A DNA stretch of 64,000 nt from an uncultured Solirubrobacterales bacterium (GCA_963736685.1 CAVTPZ010000017.1:9607-73606); one strand, 5' to 3'. Numbered from the stretch's first letter, positions 9,835 to 19,804 are shown. Program-made: numbers and translations. Notes: generated by a model not told the origin, from the sequence alone.

Positions 9835-10738
9835 ATGACGCGCGCCAGCAAGGTCGTGAACCTCGGCGCCATGGTGGTGCCCTTCGTGGCCACCCTGGCG
9901 GCGATCGTGCTGCTCTGGGGCAGCGTCGTCAGCTGGCATGACCTGGTCCTGTTCGCCGTGATGTACGTGCTCACCGCGGCCGGGATCACGGTCGGCTTCC
10001 ACCGGATGCTCACCCACCGCTCCTTCCGCACCCACAAGCCGACCGAGTACGTCTTCGCTTCCCTGGGCTCGATGGCGGTGCAGGGCCCGGTGATCGCCTG
10101 GGTCGCCGACCACCGCAAGCACCACGCGCACACCGACGTCGAGGGCGATCCGCACAGCCCGCACGTGGGCCACGGCGACGGCGTGGTCGGGCGTCTTCCG
10201 CGGCCTCTGGCACGCGCACATGGGCTGGCTCCTCTCCGAGCACGGCCGCGCCGACTGGAAGAAATACGCGCCGGATCTCTACGAGGACCGGGGCATGCGG
10301 CTGATCAACCGGCGCTTCGTGACGCTCGTGTTTCTCGGGCTCGGCATCCCGGCACTGGCCGGCTACCTGATCACCGGCACGCTGCTCGGTGCCGCGACCG
10401 GCCTGCTCTGGGGCGGACTCGTCCGGGTCTTCTTCGTCCACCACGTCACCTGGAGCGTCAACTCGGTCTGCCACTTCCTGGGATCCCGCCGCTTCGAGGT
10501 CGACGACCACTCCACCAACGTCTTCTGGCTCGCCCTCCCGTCACTCGGCGAGTCCTGGCACCACAACCACCACGCCTTTCCTCGCTCGGCCGTGCACGGG
10601 CTGCGTCGCTGGGAGCTCGACCCCTCCGCCCTGCTGATCGCCGGCATGGAGCGGGTCGGCCTCGCCTGGAACGTGATTCGCATCGCGCCCGAGCGACAGG
10701 CGGCGAAGGCCGTCGGCGAAGCTCAAGTCGTTTCTTAG
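9835..10738 (+). pseudogene. Membrane acyl-CoA (stearoyl-CoA-type) fatty acid desaturase, frame broken at 10189-10192
   Basis: His boxes HRMLTH and HRKHH are in ORF 9808..10959. WHAHMGW and the third His box HNHHAF are in ORF 10220..10738. The switch is at the G-run 10189-10191. Confidence 0.8.
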
Positions 10739-10822
10739 CCGAGTCTCAGCCTCCTCTCATACCCGCGTGGCTTGATGGTCGTCGAGCCCGGTTGATCCGG
10801 GAAGCGACGGACAGGAGTGGAG

Positions 10823-11362
10823 ATGGAAAAGAAGAGGAAGCGAGGACTGACCATCAGGCTCGGTCCCCTCGGGTTGTCGCTGCTGGCGGCGTGCATCACC
10901 GCGGTCGGCGTGGCCGCGGTCTCGATGGCGGCCGACGGCAACGGCGGCAGCTCGGGTAACGGAGGCAACTCGTTCACGGCCCAGGCCCCTCCGCCCGGCG
11001 GCGGTCCCGGGGTGATGACCTTCCGCGCCCCCGATCTCTCTGCCGCCGACAGGCAGAAGATGGAGGACTTCCGGAAGTGCATGGAGGACAACGGTGCCCC
11101 CGCGCCCCCGGATCCGAGCAACATCGATCCGAGCAATCCGCCGAAGCCGCCGAGCGCGGCCGACCGGGACAAGATCCAGAAGGCCTATGAGGCCTGCAAG
11201 GACAAGCTCCCGACCGACATGCAGCACGCCGGACCTCCCGGCATCGGCACGGGCAAGTGCGGCCCACCGCCGGGCGCCCCGCCCCTGCAGGGTCAGCAGC
11301 AGAACCAGAACCAGGATCAGAGCAACAGCTCGGGCACCGGCTCGAGCGGCTCCAGCTCCTGA
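10823..11362 (+). CDS. Secreted or membrane-anchored Pro/Gly/Gln-rich protein
   Basis: AGGAG lies 6 nt upstream of the ATG at 10823. It has a signal/anchor (LGLSLLAACITAVGVAAVSMAA), four Cys and a low-complexity tail. Confidence 0.6.
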   Translation: MEKKRKRGLTIRLGPLGLSLLAACITAVGVAAVSMAADGNGGSSGNGGNSFTAQAPPPGGGPGVMTFRAPDLSAADRQKMEDFRKCMEDNGAPAPPDPSNIDPSNPPKPPSAADRDKIQKAYEACKDKLPTDMQHAGPPGIGTGKCGPPPGAPPLQGQQQNQNQDQSNSSGTGSSGSSS

Positions 11363-11420
11363 CCAAGACTCGTCCGAACACAATCCGGCGTCATCGAGGC
11401 GCCTCCATAACCCCCAGCGA

Positions 11421-11445
11421 GCGGGCCCCTCTGAGCGGGGCCCGT
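11421..11445. terminator. GC-rich hairpin between convergent genes
   Basis: Stem CGGGCCCC (11422-11429) pairs with GGGGCCCG (11437-11444) around a 7-nt loop, followed by TTCGTCTT. Confidence 0.55.
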
Positions 11446-11458
11446 TCGTCTTGCACGC

Positions 11459-11920
11459 TTACACGGGCAGGTCCACCGATTCCAGCGCCGCCGACGGCTC
11501 GGAGTAGGCGGTCAGGCTCGCCACCTTGCGGTCGCGTTGCTCGAGGACGTGGGCCAGCGGGACGTCGAGCTCGTCGCCGGTCTCCTTCTCGGTGATCTGC
11601 AGCCGGCCCAGGACGACCCAGCGCCCGTCGGCGGCGGCGCGCAGGCCCTCGGGCTTGAAGCTGTCCGACTCGAACAGCTTCTCCATGTCGCTGCGCCAGT
11701 TCGCGAAGCCGCGTATCCCCTTGTAGGCCTTGCCGTCGATGAAGACGGTTTCCATGCGAATTTGGAAGTCAGGGTGCAGCAGAGCCTCAAGTCCGGCCCC
11801 TCCCCGGTCGAATTCGTCATATATGCGCCTCACCGCGTCAAGCGCAGTGCCGGTATCGGCCTCTTCCATCGCCGCGTTGAATTGACGTTCGAGCGTCTCG
11901 ACGTCGTGCTGGTCGTACAT
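11459..11920 (-). CDS. SnoaL/NTF2-like fold protein
   Basis: Lies in ORF 11459..11965, with a likely ATG at 11920 (the alternative is GTG at 11965). Length and pattern resemble ketosteroid-isomerase-like proteins. The assignment is weak. Confidence 0.5.
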   Translation of the reverse strand: MYDQHDVETLERQFNAAMEEADTGTALDAVRRIYDEFDRGGAGLEALLHPDFQIRMETVFIDGKAYKGIRGFANWRSDMEKLFESDSFKPEGLRAAADGRWVVLGRLQITEKETGDELDVPLAHVLEQRDRKVASLTAYSEPSAALESVDLPV

Positions 11921-12012
11921 TTGCTGGCCCTCAGTATCTCCCCAGTAGTGCGGATGTCGCGGCACGGCCGCTCGGGGAAGCTATCGGAGCCATCGCGAAG
12001 GCAACTTCTAGC

Positions 12013-14425
12013 GTGATGAGGGGAAGAGCGCCGGCGGGAGCCGGAGACGTCGCCGAACAGGAAATCCGCAGCCGATTGGACTCCATCGGCGTCGGCATCT
12101 GGGTGACGGTCATCGTCTGCCTCGGCGCAGGCGCCTACGCACTGCACACCTGGAGCGGGCCCCACCGCGACCTGATCCTCGTCGCGACCGCCCTCGGCCT
12201 GCTCAGCGTTCCCGTGCTCATGGCGCTCCCCGGCGAGCGCATCGTGCGCAGCCGCTATGCGGATCTCTTCTTCATCGGCTGGTCGCTAAGCGACATCCTG
12301 CTGATCGGGGCCATCGCCGGGCTCGACGGCGGATCGACCAGCCCATACGTCCTGCTCCTGGTCCTTCCCTACCTCTTCGCGGCGCTCTCCTACACGCCTC
12401 GAGCGATCGCCGTGGTCGGGCTCGCGGACCTGGTGGCCCTGGCGGTTCTCGCCTTCGTGGTCGGGGGCGGCCTGCCCCTCGACGGCTTCGGCCTGTTCGC
12501 GATGGTCTGCGTCGGCCTGCTGGGCACCTGGGAGGCCCGCAACCTGACGAGGCAGCGCAACACCCTCAGCGAGACGGCCGCCGCGCGGGCGCTCAGCGAG
12601 GAGACCAGCCGCAGGCTGACCCGTCAGCAGATGGCAGTGGCGCAGTTCGGCCAGCTCGCGCTCGAGGGCACGGACATCGACGCGCTCACCGATGAGGCCA
12701 CGGCGCTCATGGAGCGGGTGCTCGACATCGACATCGGCGGCGTCCTCAAGCTGCTGCCGGGCGGTGACGAGCTGCTCTTGATCTCAGGGGTTGGCCTCGT
12801 GGCCGAGGACGTCGGGAAAGGCGCGGGTTCCCACGGGCCACGAATCGCAGTCCGGCTACGCGCTCGCCACCGGACAGCCGGTCGTGGTCGACGATTGGCA
12901 GACCGAGACCCGCTTCCGCGAGTCGAAGCTGCAGGTGGACTCGGAGATGCGCAGCGCGGCCGCGGTGTTGATCAAGGCCAAGGGGGACCCCTATGGAGTC
13001 CTCGGGGTCGGCTCGCGGATCCCCAACAGCTTCACCCAGGACGAGGTCTCCTTCATGCAGTCGATCGCGAACGTGCTCGCCAACGGCATCGAGCGGAGGC
13101 GAAACGAGGACCGGACCCAGCACGAGGCGCTGCACGACCCGCTCACCGGGCTCCCCAACCGCAACCTGTTCCTCGACCGGCTTCAGCACGCCCTCTCGGT
13201 GGCGGCGCGACGCCAGACCGCGGTCGCGGTGCTCTTCCTCGATCTCGACCAGTTCAAGCTCGTCAACGACAGCCTCGGGCACGCGGCCGGCGACGAGCTC
13301 CTCGCCGCGGTGGCGCCCCGGATCGAGGAGGCCCTCCGGCCGGGAGACACGGTCGCGCGCTTCGGCGGCGACGAGTTCGCCGTGCTGGCCGAGGACATCG
13401 GGAACGAGCGCGGGGCGACGCGCATCGCCGAGCGCATCGCCGAGGTACTCACCCAGCCCTTCATCCTGCGCGAGCGGGAGCACTTCGTGAGCGCCAGCGT
13501 CGGCATCGCCATCGGCGCGGGCCAGGAGCCCCCCGAGGCGCTGATCCGCGACGCCGACTCGGCCCTCTACCGCGCCAAGGAGCGCGGGCGCGGCGGATAC
13601 GAGATCTTCGACGAGGTCATGCGCTCCCGCGTGATCGAGCACATGCAGATCGAGAACGACCTGCGGCGCGCGATCCAGCGCGGGGAGCTCGAGCTCCACT
13701 ACCAGCCGGTGATCAAGCTCGGCGACGGATCGATCGTCGCCCTCGAGGCGCTGCTGCGCTGGCGCCATCCCGAACGCGGGCTAGTCGGCCCGGTCGGCTT
13801 CATCCCGGTCGCCGAGGAGTCCCGGCTGATCGTGCCGATCGGGCGCTGGGTGATCGAGCAGGCCTGCCGGCAGGCGGCCGCGTGGCAGCAGCTCCAGCCC
13901 GACTCGGCGCCGATCTCGATCGCGGTCAACCTCTCGGCGCGCCAGATCGCCGACCCGGATCTGCTCTCCCACATCGAGGGCTCTGTGCGGGCGAACCGAA
14001 TCGATCCGTCCAGCCTCTGGCTCGAGCTGACCGAGACCACGCTGCTCGATGACACCGAGTTCGTCGAGCGGACCCTCGAGTCGCTCAAGGGCCTCGGGGT
14101 GCGGCTGGTCCTGGACGACTTCGGCGTGGGCTTCTCATCCCTCGGCTATCTGAAGCGCCTGCCCCTCTCGATGATCAAGCTCGATCGCAGCTTCGTCGAG
14201 AACCTCGCGGAGGGCTCGCACGACGCCGCGATCGTCCGGGCGGTCAACGAGATGGCCGACACGATCGGCATCGGCGTGGTCGCCGAGGGCGTGGAGACCG
14301 AGCAGCAGGTGCGGATGGCGAGCGCGCTCGGCTGCGGCTTCGCCCAGGGCTTCCACTTCTCCGAGCCGGTTCCGGTGTCGCACGTCGAGGATCTGCTCGG
14401 GCGGCCGATGCCGACCTTCACCTGA
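12013..14425 (+). pseudogene. Membrane sensor GAF-GGDEF-EAL protein, frame broken at 12811-12830
   Basis: The multi-TM N-terminus and the start of the GAF domain are in ORF 12013..14052. The rest of the GAF, GGDEF (RFGGDEFAVL) and EAL (VALEALLRW, DDFGVGFSSL) are in ORF 12791..14425. The switch is at GGGAAAGGCGCGGG. Confidence 0.85.
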
Positions 14426-14452
14426 TCCGCCGGTTACGCGAGACTCACGGAT

Positions 14453-14881
14453 GTGGGAAGCCCCGGCTTTTGGGATCGGACTCTGGCGAGACTTCGCGCG
14501 CGCAGCCTCGACGAACGTCTGCTCTCCGGTGATCGTCCCGATGGAAGCAGGCTGGCAAAGGCACGAAGCGCTGAGCTTCTCGATCCCAATTACCGCAAAG
14601 AGGTCGCCCGGGCGCTCAGGGAGATGCTCGATGCGGCCGAGCACGCCAGGAAGAACTTCATGAGGGCGCAGATCTTTCTCAGGGAGTTCGACCTGGTCCA
14701 GTCTCGGGCCGCAATCCGAGATCTCGCCGACGTGCTCGAGGGGAACGCACCCGTGAACCCGCGCGGGGTGATCCTGGCCGACCGGCTGGTGCGCGACGGC
14801 GACTCCCCCGTGTTCTTGGGATCCAATGGAAGCGTGAAGGCGGCGGTCAGCAGAGCACGCTCCGCACTTGACCTCGGCTAG
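14453..14881 (+). CDS. Uncharacterised small protein, paralog family member 1
   Basis: GTG start and good GC3. It shares two conserved blocks with the ORFs at 31632..32129 and 36757..37200. Confidence 0.6.
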   Translation: MGSPGFWDRTLARLRARSLDERLLSGDRPDGSRLAKARSAELLDPNYRKEVARALREMLDAAEHARKNFMRAQIFLREFDLVQSRAAIRDLADVLEGNAPVNPRGVILADRLVRDGDSPVFLGSNGSVKAAVSRARSALDLG

Positions 14882-14942
14882 TGGCACGAACTCCACGCGA
14901 GTACCATGTGATTTCACCTAGTTGTTGGCCTAGGGGGAACGC

Positions 14943-15323
14943 ATGTCGGCAACTCCAAGCGCAGACATTCCGCAGTTCGAGATCAACTCTGGGCCCGGTC
15001 CCGGGCGGGTCCGGGTGGTACGTGTTGCGGGCGAGGTCGACATGTCCCACGAGGAGGAGCTACGCGGAGAGCTTCGCACGGCTGTCGCCGCCGACTCGGC
15101 CGGGATCGTGGTCGATCTGACCGAATGCGAGTTCATCGACTCGAGCGGTGTCCGGGCACTGCTGCTGTCGCGAGAGGCTCAGAACTCGGACGAAGGATCC
15201 GAGCACCTGGCAGTGGCGGCCTCCAGCGAGCAGATCCTTCGCATCCTCACCGTGATGGGCATCGACCGGGTGATTCCCATTCGGCCGACGGTCGAGCAAG
15301 CCGCATCGGCGATCACCGGCTGA
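14943..15323 (+). CDS. STAS-domain anti-sigma-factor antagonist (SpoIIAA-like)
   Basis: Motif DLTECEFIDSSGVRALL and about 125 aa in length. GGGGGAA precedes the ATG. Confidence 0.85.
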   Translation: MSATPSADIPQFEINSGPGPGRVRVVRVAGEVDMSHEEELRGELRTAVAADSAGIVVDLTECEFIDSSGVRALLLSREAQNSDEGSEHLAVAASSEQILRILTVMGIDRVIPIRPTVEQAASAITG

Positions 15324-15327
15324 CCTG

Positions 15328-17170
15328 ATGCACGACATCGCCGAGTTCCTGGGGGGGCGAGACCCTTTCAGCGGGCTCGACGAGGCAGCGCTCGAGGCGC
15401 TCGCCGCCAAGACCGAGGTGGAGTTCTTTCCCGCCGGCACCACGATCGTTCCGCAGGGGAGGCTCTCCCAGGGACGGATCAGGGTGATCAGGCGCGGGTC
15501 CGTCGAGTTGGTCGACCGCGGGACCGTCATCGACGTGCTCGGCGAAGGCGAGATGTTCGGCCATCCCTCGGTGCTCTCCGGCCTCCCTGCGAAGAACGAG
15601 GCCCGGGCGAGTGAGGACACCCTCTGCTACTCGCTGCCCGCGGAGGAAGTCATTCCGCTGCTCGGCCGCCCCTCGAGCCTGCGGTTCCTGACCCGCTCAC
15701 TTCTCGATCGTGCCGGGCGTTCGTCTGGAGATGATGCCGTCCCCCCCAGCCCCGAGGTCGCCCAACAGCCTGCGGCGTCCCTGGTGCGGGGTCCCGCGGT
15801 CAGCTGCAAGCCGGACATGAGCCTGAGGGAGGCGGCGCGGATGATGAACACCAGGGAGGTGAGCTCGGTACTCATCGAGCTCGGCAACGGGGATTACGGG
15901 ATCGTCACCGACCGCGATCTGCGCGTGGGCGTCGTGGCCGGCCCTCTCTCACCGGACGACCCGGTCTCCTCGGCAATGAGCTCGCCCGTCATCGGAGTGG
16001 GGGCCGATCAAACGGGAGCGGACGTGATGCTGGCCATGCTGGACAACAACATCAGGCATGTCCCGGTCTTCTCGGCTCGATCCGAGCTGCTCGGTGTGAT
16101 CGTCGGGATCGATCTGATCGCCGCGGAGACCCGGTCGCCCTTCGTCTTGCGCCGGGCGATTGCCGCGGCGAGGAACCAGCGTGACCTGAGCGACGCCGCC
16201 AGCCGGCTGCGCTCGACGGTGATCGCGCTCCAACGCGCGGAGCTCTCCCCGACGCAGGTCAGCGCCGTGATCTCGGCCGTGGCGGACGCACTCATCGCTC
16301 GAATCATCGAGCTCGCGATCGACTCGCAGGGCCCGCCTCCAGCCGAGTTCTGCTTTATGTCGCTAGGCAGCCACGGCCGCCGGGAGCCGGTCCCCTCCTC
16401 CGACGTCGACTCGGGTATGGCCTGGCGGAATGTTCCGGATTCCGACGCACTCTCCTCAAACGCGAGCCGCAGCCTCGCGACGGTTCGGACCACGGAGTAC
16501 ATGCACGGGATCGCCGCGAGCGTGGCCGACTGCGTCCGAGTCGTAGGCTGGCACCTCGACCCTCACGGCGTGAACGCCTCGGGCACCTTCTCCGCGAGCT
16601 CGATCGAGGACTGGCAGCGAGCGATCGAGCAATGGCTGGCGCACCCTACGGAGAACCGTGTCCTGATCGCGACCTCCATCCTGCTCGACGGCCGGATCGT
16701 CTACGGCCCGCAACGTGGCCTCGACGTCAAGCAGCTCCTCTTCGAGACCGGCTCCCGCGACGTCCTCGAACGCTGGATGCTTCGCCTTGCTCTAGCCGCG
16801 AAGCCGCCGACCGGCTTGAGGAGAACCTTCGACATCAAGCACGGCGGGCTGTTGCCGATCGTCGACCTCGCGCGCTACGCGGCCCTGCGCGCAGGCATCC
16901 GCGTCACACCGACGCTCGCGCGGCTACGGCTGGCGGCGGCTGAGGGCGTCATCCAGGTGACCGAAGCCCGAATCCTCGAAGAGGCGTACGAACTGTTCAG
17001 CGCGCTCCGGCTCGAGCACCAGGTGGGGCAGCTCGAGGCCGGCGAAGGAGCCTGACGACGACATCGACCCGCGGGAACTCGATCCGCTCACCAGGCGATA
17101 CCTGCGCGACGCCTTCAGGGAAGTCGCCGCCGTCCAGCGCTCGATGACGGGCGAGCTCTCCCCTCGCTAG
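15328..17170 (+). pseudogene. cNMP-binding / CBS-pair / DUF294 nucleotidyltransferase signalling protein, C-terminus out of frame from about 17050
   Basis: It has a cNMP-binding domain, two CBS motifs and an NTase motif (GSHGRREPVPSSDVDS). ORF 15328..17055 stops at TGA 17053. The family-typical tail DDDIDPRELDPLTRRYLRDAFREVAAVQRSM continues in the next frame to TAG 17168-17170. Confidence 0.8.
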
Positions 17171-17173
17171 CCG

Positions 17174-17893
17174 GTGACCGAGGTCGGCTCAGACGCGGCC
17201 CGGGCCTATCGGGAGACCCCGATGCCACGCTCGAGCACCCCGTGGCGTGAGGCCGCCTTCACCGTGCTCGACTTCGAGACGACCGGGCTCGACCACGCGG
17301 CCGACGAGATCATCTCGTTTGCGACGGTGACTGTGGCCGGCGGACGGGTCAGCCTGGCGGACGCCCGCTACGAGCTCGTACGACCGCAGCGTATGCCGGA
17401 TGCCGAATCCATCCGCATCCACGGCCTGCGCGAGACCGATCTGAAGGGGGCCGACCCGCTCCACGAGCACCTCGACGGGCTGCTGGAGGCGATCACCGGC
17501 AGGCCGATCGTCGCCCATGTCGCGACAGTCGAGCGAGAATTCCTGCGTGTCGCCCTGGGGGAGCACGGGCCGAAGGTGCGCAACCTCTTCATCGACACGG
17601 CCATGCTCGACCGCGAGCTCCGTCGGCTCCGCCGGCGGTCGGCCGCCAAGAGCGATCCGATCGGCCTGTCGGCGATGTCCCGTGAGCTCGGCCTGCCCGT
17701 GCACCGCCCGCACCACGCCGACGGCGACGCGCTCACCACCGCTCAGGCATTCATCGCCCTGGTCACCCACCTCGAGGAACTCGAGCCGCAGACGGTGGGC
17801 TCGCTGGAGCGCATCTCCCAGCCGGAGCGGCGCCATAGACCCTCCCTCGCGGGACTCCTCGGCCGATTGGGCCTCGCCCGTGGCCCCGCCTAG
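17174..17893 (+). CDS. DnaQ/DEDDh-family 3'-5' exonuclease (Pol III epsilon-like)
   Basis: ExoI motif is VLDFETTGLD and ExoIII motif is HHADGDAL. It starts 3 nt after the upstream gene. Confidence 0.85.
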   Translation: MTEVGSDAARAYRETPMPRSSTPWREAAFTVLDFETTGLDHAADEIISFATVTVAGGRVSLADARYELVRPQRMPDAESIRIHGLRETDLKGADPLHEHLDGLLEAITGRPIVAHVATVEREFLRVALGEHGPKVRNLFIDTAMLDRELRRLRRRSAAKSDPIGLSAMSRELGLPVHRPHHADGDALTTAQAFIALVTHLEELEPQTVGSLERISQPERRHRPSLAGLLGRLGLARGPA

Positions 17894-17942
17894 CCAATAC
17901 GTACAACATCCACCAGACTTCCTCAATTTGCGGAAATCGGCC

Positions 17943-17972
17943 TTGACGTGTGTCCGCTTCCGCACATAGGGT
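17943..17972 (+). promoter_or_regulatory. Candidate sigma-70-type promoter for the permease gene
   Basis: TTGACG (17943-17948), an 18-nt spacer, then TAGGGT (17967-17972, fitting TANNNT). It lies in a lower-GC intergenic region. Confidence 0.3.
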
Positions 17973-18042
17973 CCACACCATTCCGGCATATATGGCCACG
18001 CCCGCAAGGATGTGGGCGGGCCGCGACGGAGGGAGAAGAGCA

Positions 18043-19623
18043 GTGACTCCACCTGAGGGCATTTCCGACGTGGACCAGACCCGGGCGGACGAGCAGCGAC
18101 TTGCAGAGCTCGGCTACAAGCAGGAGCTCTCGCGAGGTTGGAGCGCGTTCACCAACTTCGCCATCTCGTTCACCATCATCTCCGTCCTTGCGGGGACGTT
18201 CACGACGTTCTCGTTCGCCTGGCTTCACGGCGGACCCAGCATGGTGTCGATCGGCTGGCCCGTGATCTGCTTCTTCGTGATCATGGTCGGGCTCTCGATG
18301 GCCGAGCTGACGTCGAGGTATCCGACGGCGGGCGGCCCGTACTGGTGGGCCCACGACCTCGGAGGCAAGGGCTGGAGCTGGATGACCGGCTGGTTCAACA
18401 TCGTCGGCCTACTTGGCATCGTGGCCTCGGTCGCCTACGGCTGCGCTTTCTTCCTGTTCAACCTGCTGCAGCTCTACGGGCTGAACATCTTCGGCGTGAA
18501 CTTCGGAGACACCAATCACATCCTGAGCGAAACCTTCTTGCTCTTCCTGATCATCCTCCTGCTCTACACGGTCGTGAACATCTTCGCCGACCGCGTGCTC
18601 GCGCTGATGAACAACATCTCGGTGGGCTGGCACCTGCTGGGCACCGCGGTGATCATCGCGCTGCTGATCTTCGTGCCGGATCATCATCAGAGCACCAGCT
18701 TCGTCTTCAGCACACGCTTCAATGAGAGTGGCACCCTCGGAGGCACCACCGGCGGTATCGGCTTCTGGTTCCTGGTCGCGCCGGTGGGCTTCCTGCTCGC
18801 GATGTACACGCAGACCGGATACGACGCCTCTGCCCACACGGCCGAGGAGACACACGGCGCCGCGATCAGCGCCGCCCAGGGCGTCTGGCGCTCGATCTTC
18901 TTCTCAGCGATCATCGGCTGGTTGGTGCTGCTCGCGTTCCTCTACGCGGCCACCAATGTCACCGCAGTCAACGACTCGGGCGGCGCGGTATTCGGCATCT
19001 TCAACTCCGCGCTTAACCCCTGGGCCGCGAAGATGGTGGTGCTGATCGCGACGATCGGGCAGTTCTTCTGCGGGGCGGCGGGCCTGACCAGCGCCTCGCG
19101 GACCTGGTACGCGTTCTCCCGCGACCGAGCCATTCCCGGGTGGACGCTGTTCCGGCGGGTCAATCGCGACCGGGTGCCGTTCAACGCGGTGATCGCGGTC
19201 TCGTTCTTCTCGCTGCTGATCTCGATCCCGGCTCTGTTCGGCAAGAACGACATCCCATTCGCGTTCTTCGCGCTGACCGGGATCTGCACGGTGGGCCTGT
19301 ATCTCGCCTACATCATTCCGGTATTTCTGCGCCTGCGAAAGGGCGACGCTTTCCAGGCCGGGCCGTGGAATCTGGGCCGGCGTTACAGGATGATCAACAT
19401 CCTGGCGATCATCTTCGTGGTCGTCGTGGTCTACGCGCTCGACCTGCCGTACGACCCGACGGGGCTGCCGTGGAATGAGGCATTCGATGCAGCGAACGTG
19501 AACTACACGCCGTTCGCGATCATCCTGCCGCTGATCTTCGGCATCTGGTACCTGGTCTCGGCGAAGAACAAGTACCAGGGTCCGGTCAGCACGCTGGAGG
19601 AAGACGTCGTCACGCGCGACTAG
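18043..19623 (+). CDS. APC-superfamily amino acid/choline-type permease
   Basis: The GTG at 18043 is preceded by GGAGGGAGA. There are about 12 TM segments, and N-terminal motifs (FTNFAISFTIISVLAG, MAELTSRYPTAGGPYWW) are typical of APC permeases. Confidence 0.85.
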   Translation: MTPPEGISDVDQTRADEQRLAELGYKQELSRGWSAFTNFAISFTIISVLAGTFTTFSFAWLHGGPSMVSIGWPVICFFVIMVGLSMAELTSRYPTAGGPYWWAHDLGGKGWSWMTGWFNIVGLLGIVASVAYGCAFFLFNLLQLYGLNIFGVNFGDTNHILSETFLLFLIILLLYTVVNIFADRVLALMNNISVGWHLLGTAVIIALLIFVPDHHQSTSFVFSTRFNESGTLGGTTGGIGFWFLVAPVGFLLAMYTQTGYDASAHTAEETHGAAISAAQGVWRSIFFSAIIGWLVLLAFLYAATNVTAVNDSGGAVFGIFNSALNPWAAKMVVLIATIGQFFCGAAGLTSASRTWYAFSRDRAIPGWTLFRRVNRDRVPFNAVIAVSFFSLLISIPALFGKNDIPFAFFALTGICTVGLYLAYIIPVFLRLRKGDAFQAGPWNLGRRYRMINILAIIFVVVVVYALDLPYDPTGLPWNEAFDAANVNYTPFAIILPLIFGIWYLVSAKNKYQGPVSTLEEDVVTRD

Positions 19624-19641
19624 GAAAGGCGAGTGGAAACG

Positions 19642-19746
19642 ATGAACGAATCGAACAAGTCCGTCGGCGAGAAGGACCTGACGGTGGCAATCGGGATCCT
19701 CGGCTTGATCGCCTTGGCTTCGATCATCATTGAGATCGTCAGCTGA
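19642..19746 (+). CDS. Possible 34-aa single-TM peptide
   Basis: Sequence is MNESNKSVGEKDLTVAIGILGLIALASIIIEIVS. It lies 18 nt after the permease stop and is followed by hairpins. There is no homology support. Confidence 0.35.
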   Translation: MNESNKSVGEKDLTVAIGILGLIALASIIIEIVS

Positions 19747-19770
19747 CGCTCGACAGTAGCTGCGCGGTCG

Positions 19771-19792
19771 CCCACGCCCAACGGGGCGTGGG
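19771..19792 (+). terminator. Hairpin 1 (9-bp stem)
   Basis: CCCACGCCC, loop AACG, GGGCGTGGG. Confidence 0.45.
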
Positions 19793-19804
19793 GTATGCGC
19801 CGCC

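Noticed and set aside
10930-11340. Repetitive-looking DNA (GGC/AAC and CAG/AAC runs) as a tandem-repeat element.
   Set aside because: It is in frame within a coding region and simply encodes Gly/Asn/Ser- and Gln/Asn-rich low-complexity protein segments.
11760-15000. Lower-GC patches (about 11760-12010 and 14430-14960) as signs of a horizontally acquired island.
   Set aside because: I recognised no integrase, transposase, tRNA or flanking direct repeats. The patches coincide with intergenic/promoter regions and small genes. I cannot compute composition statistics here.
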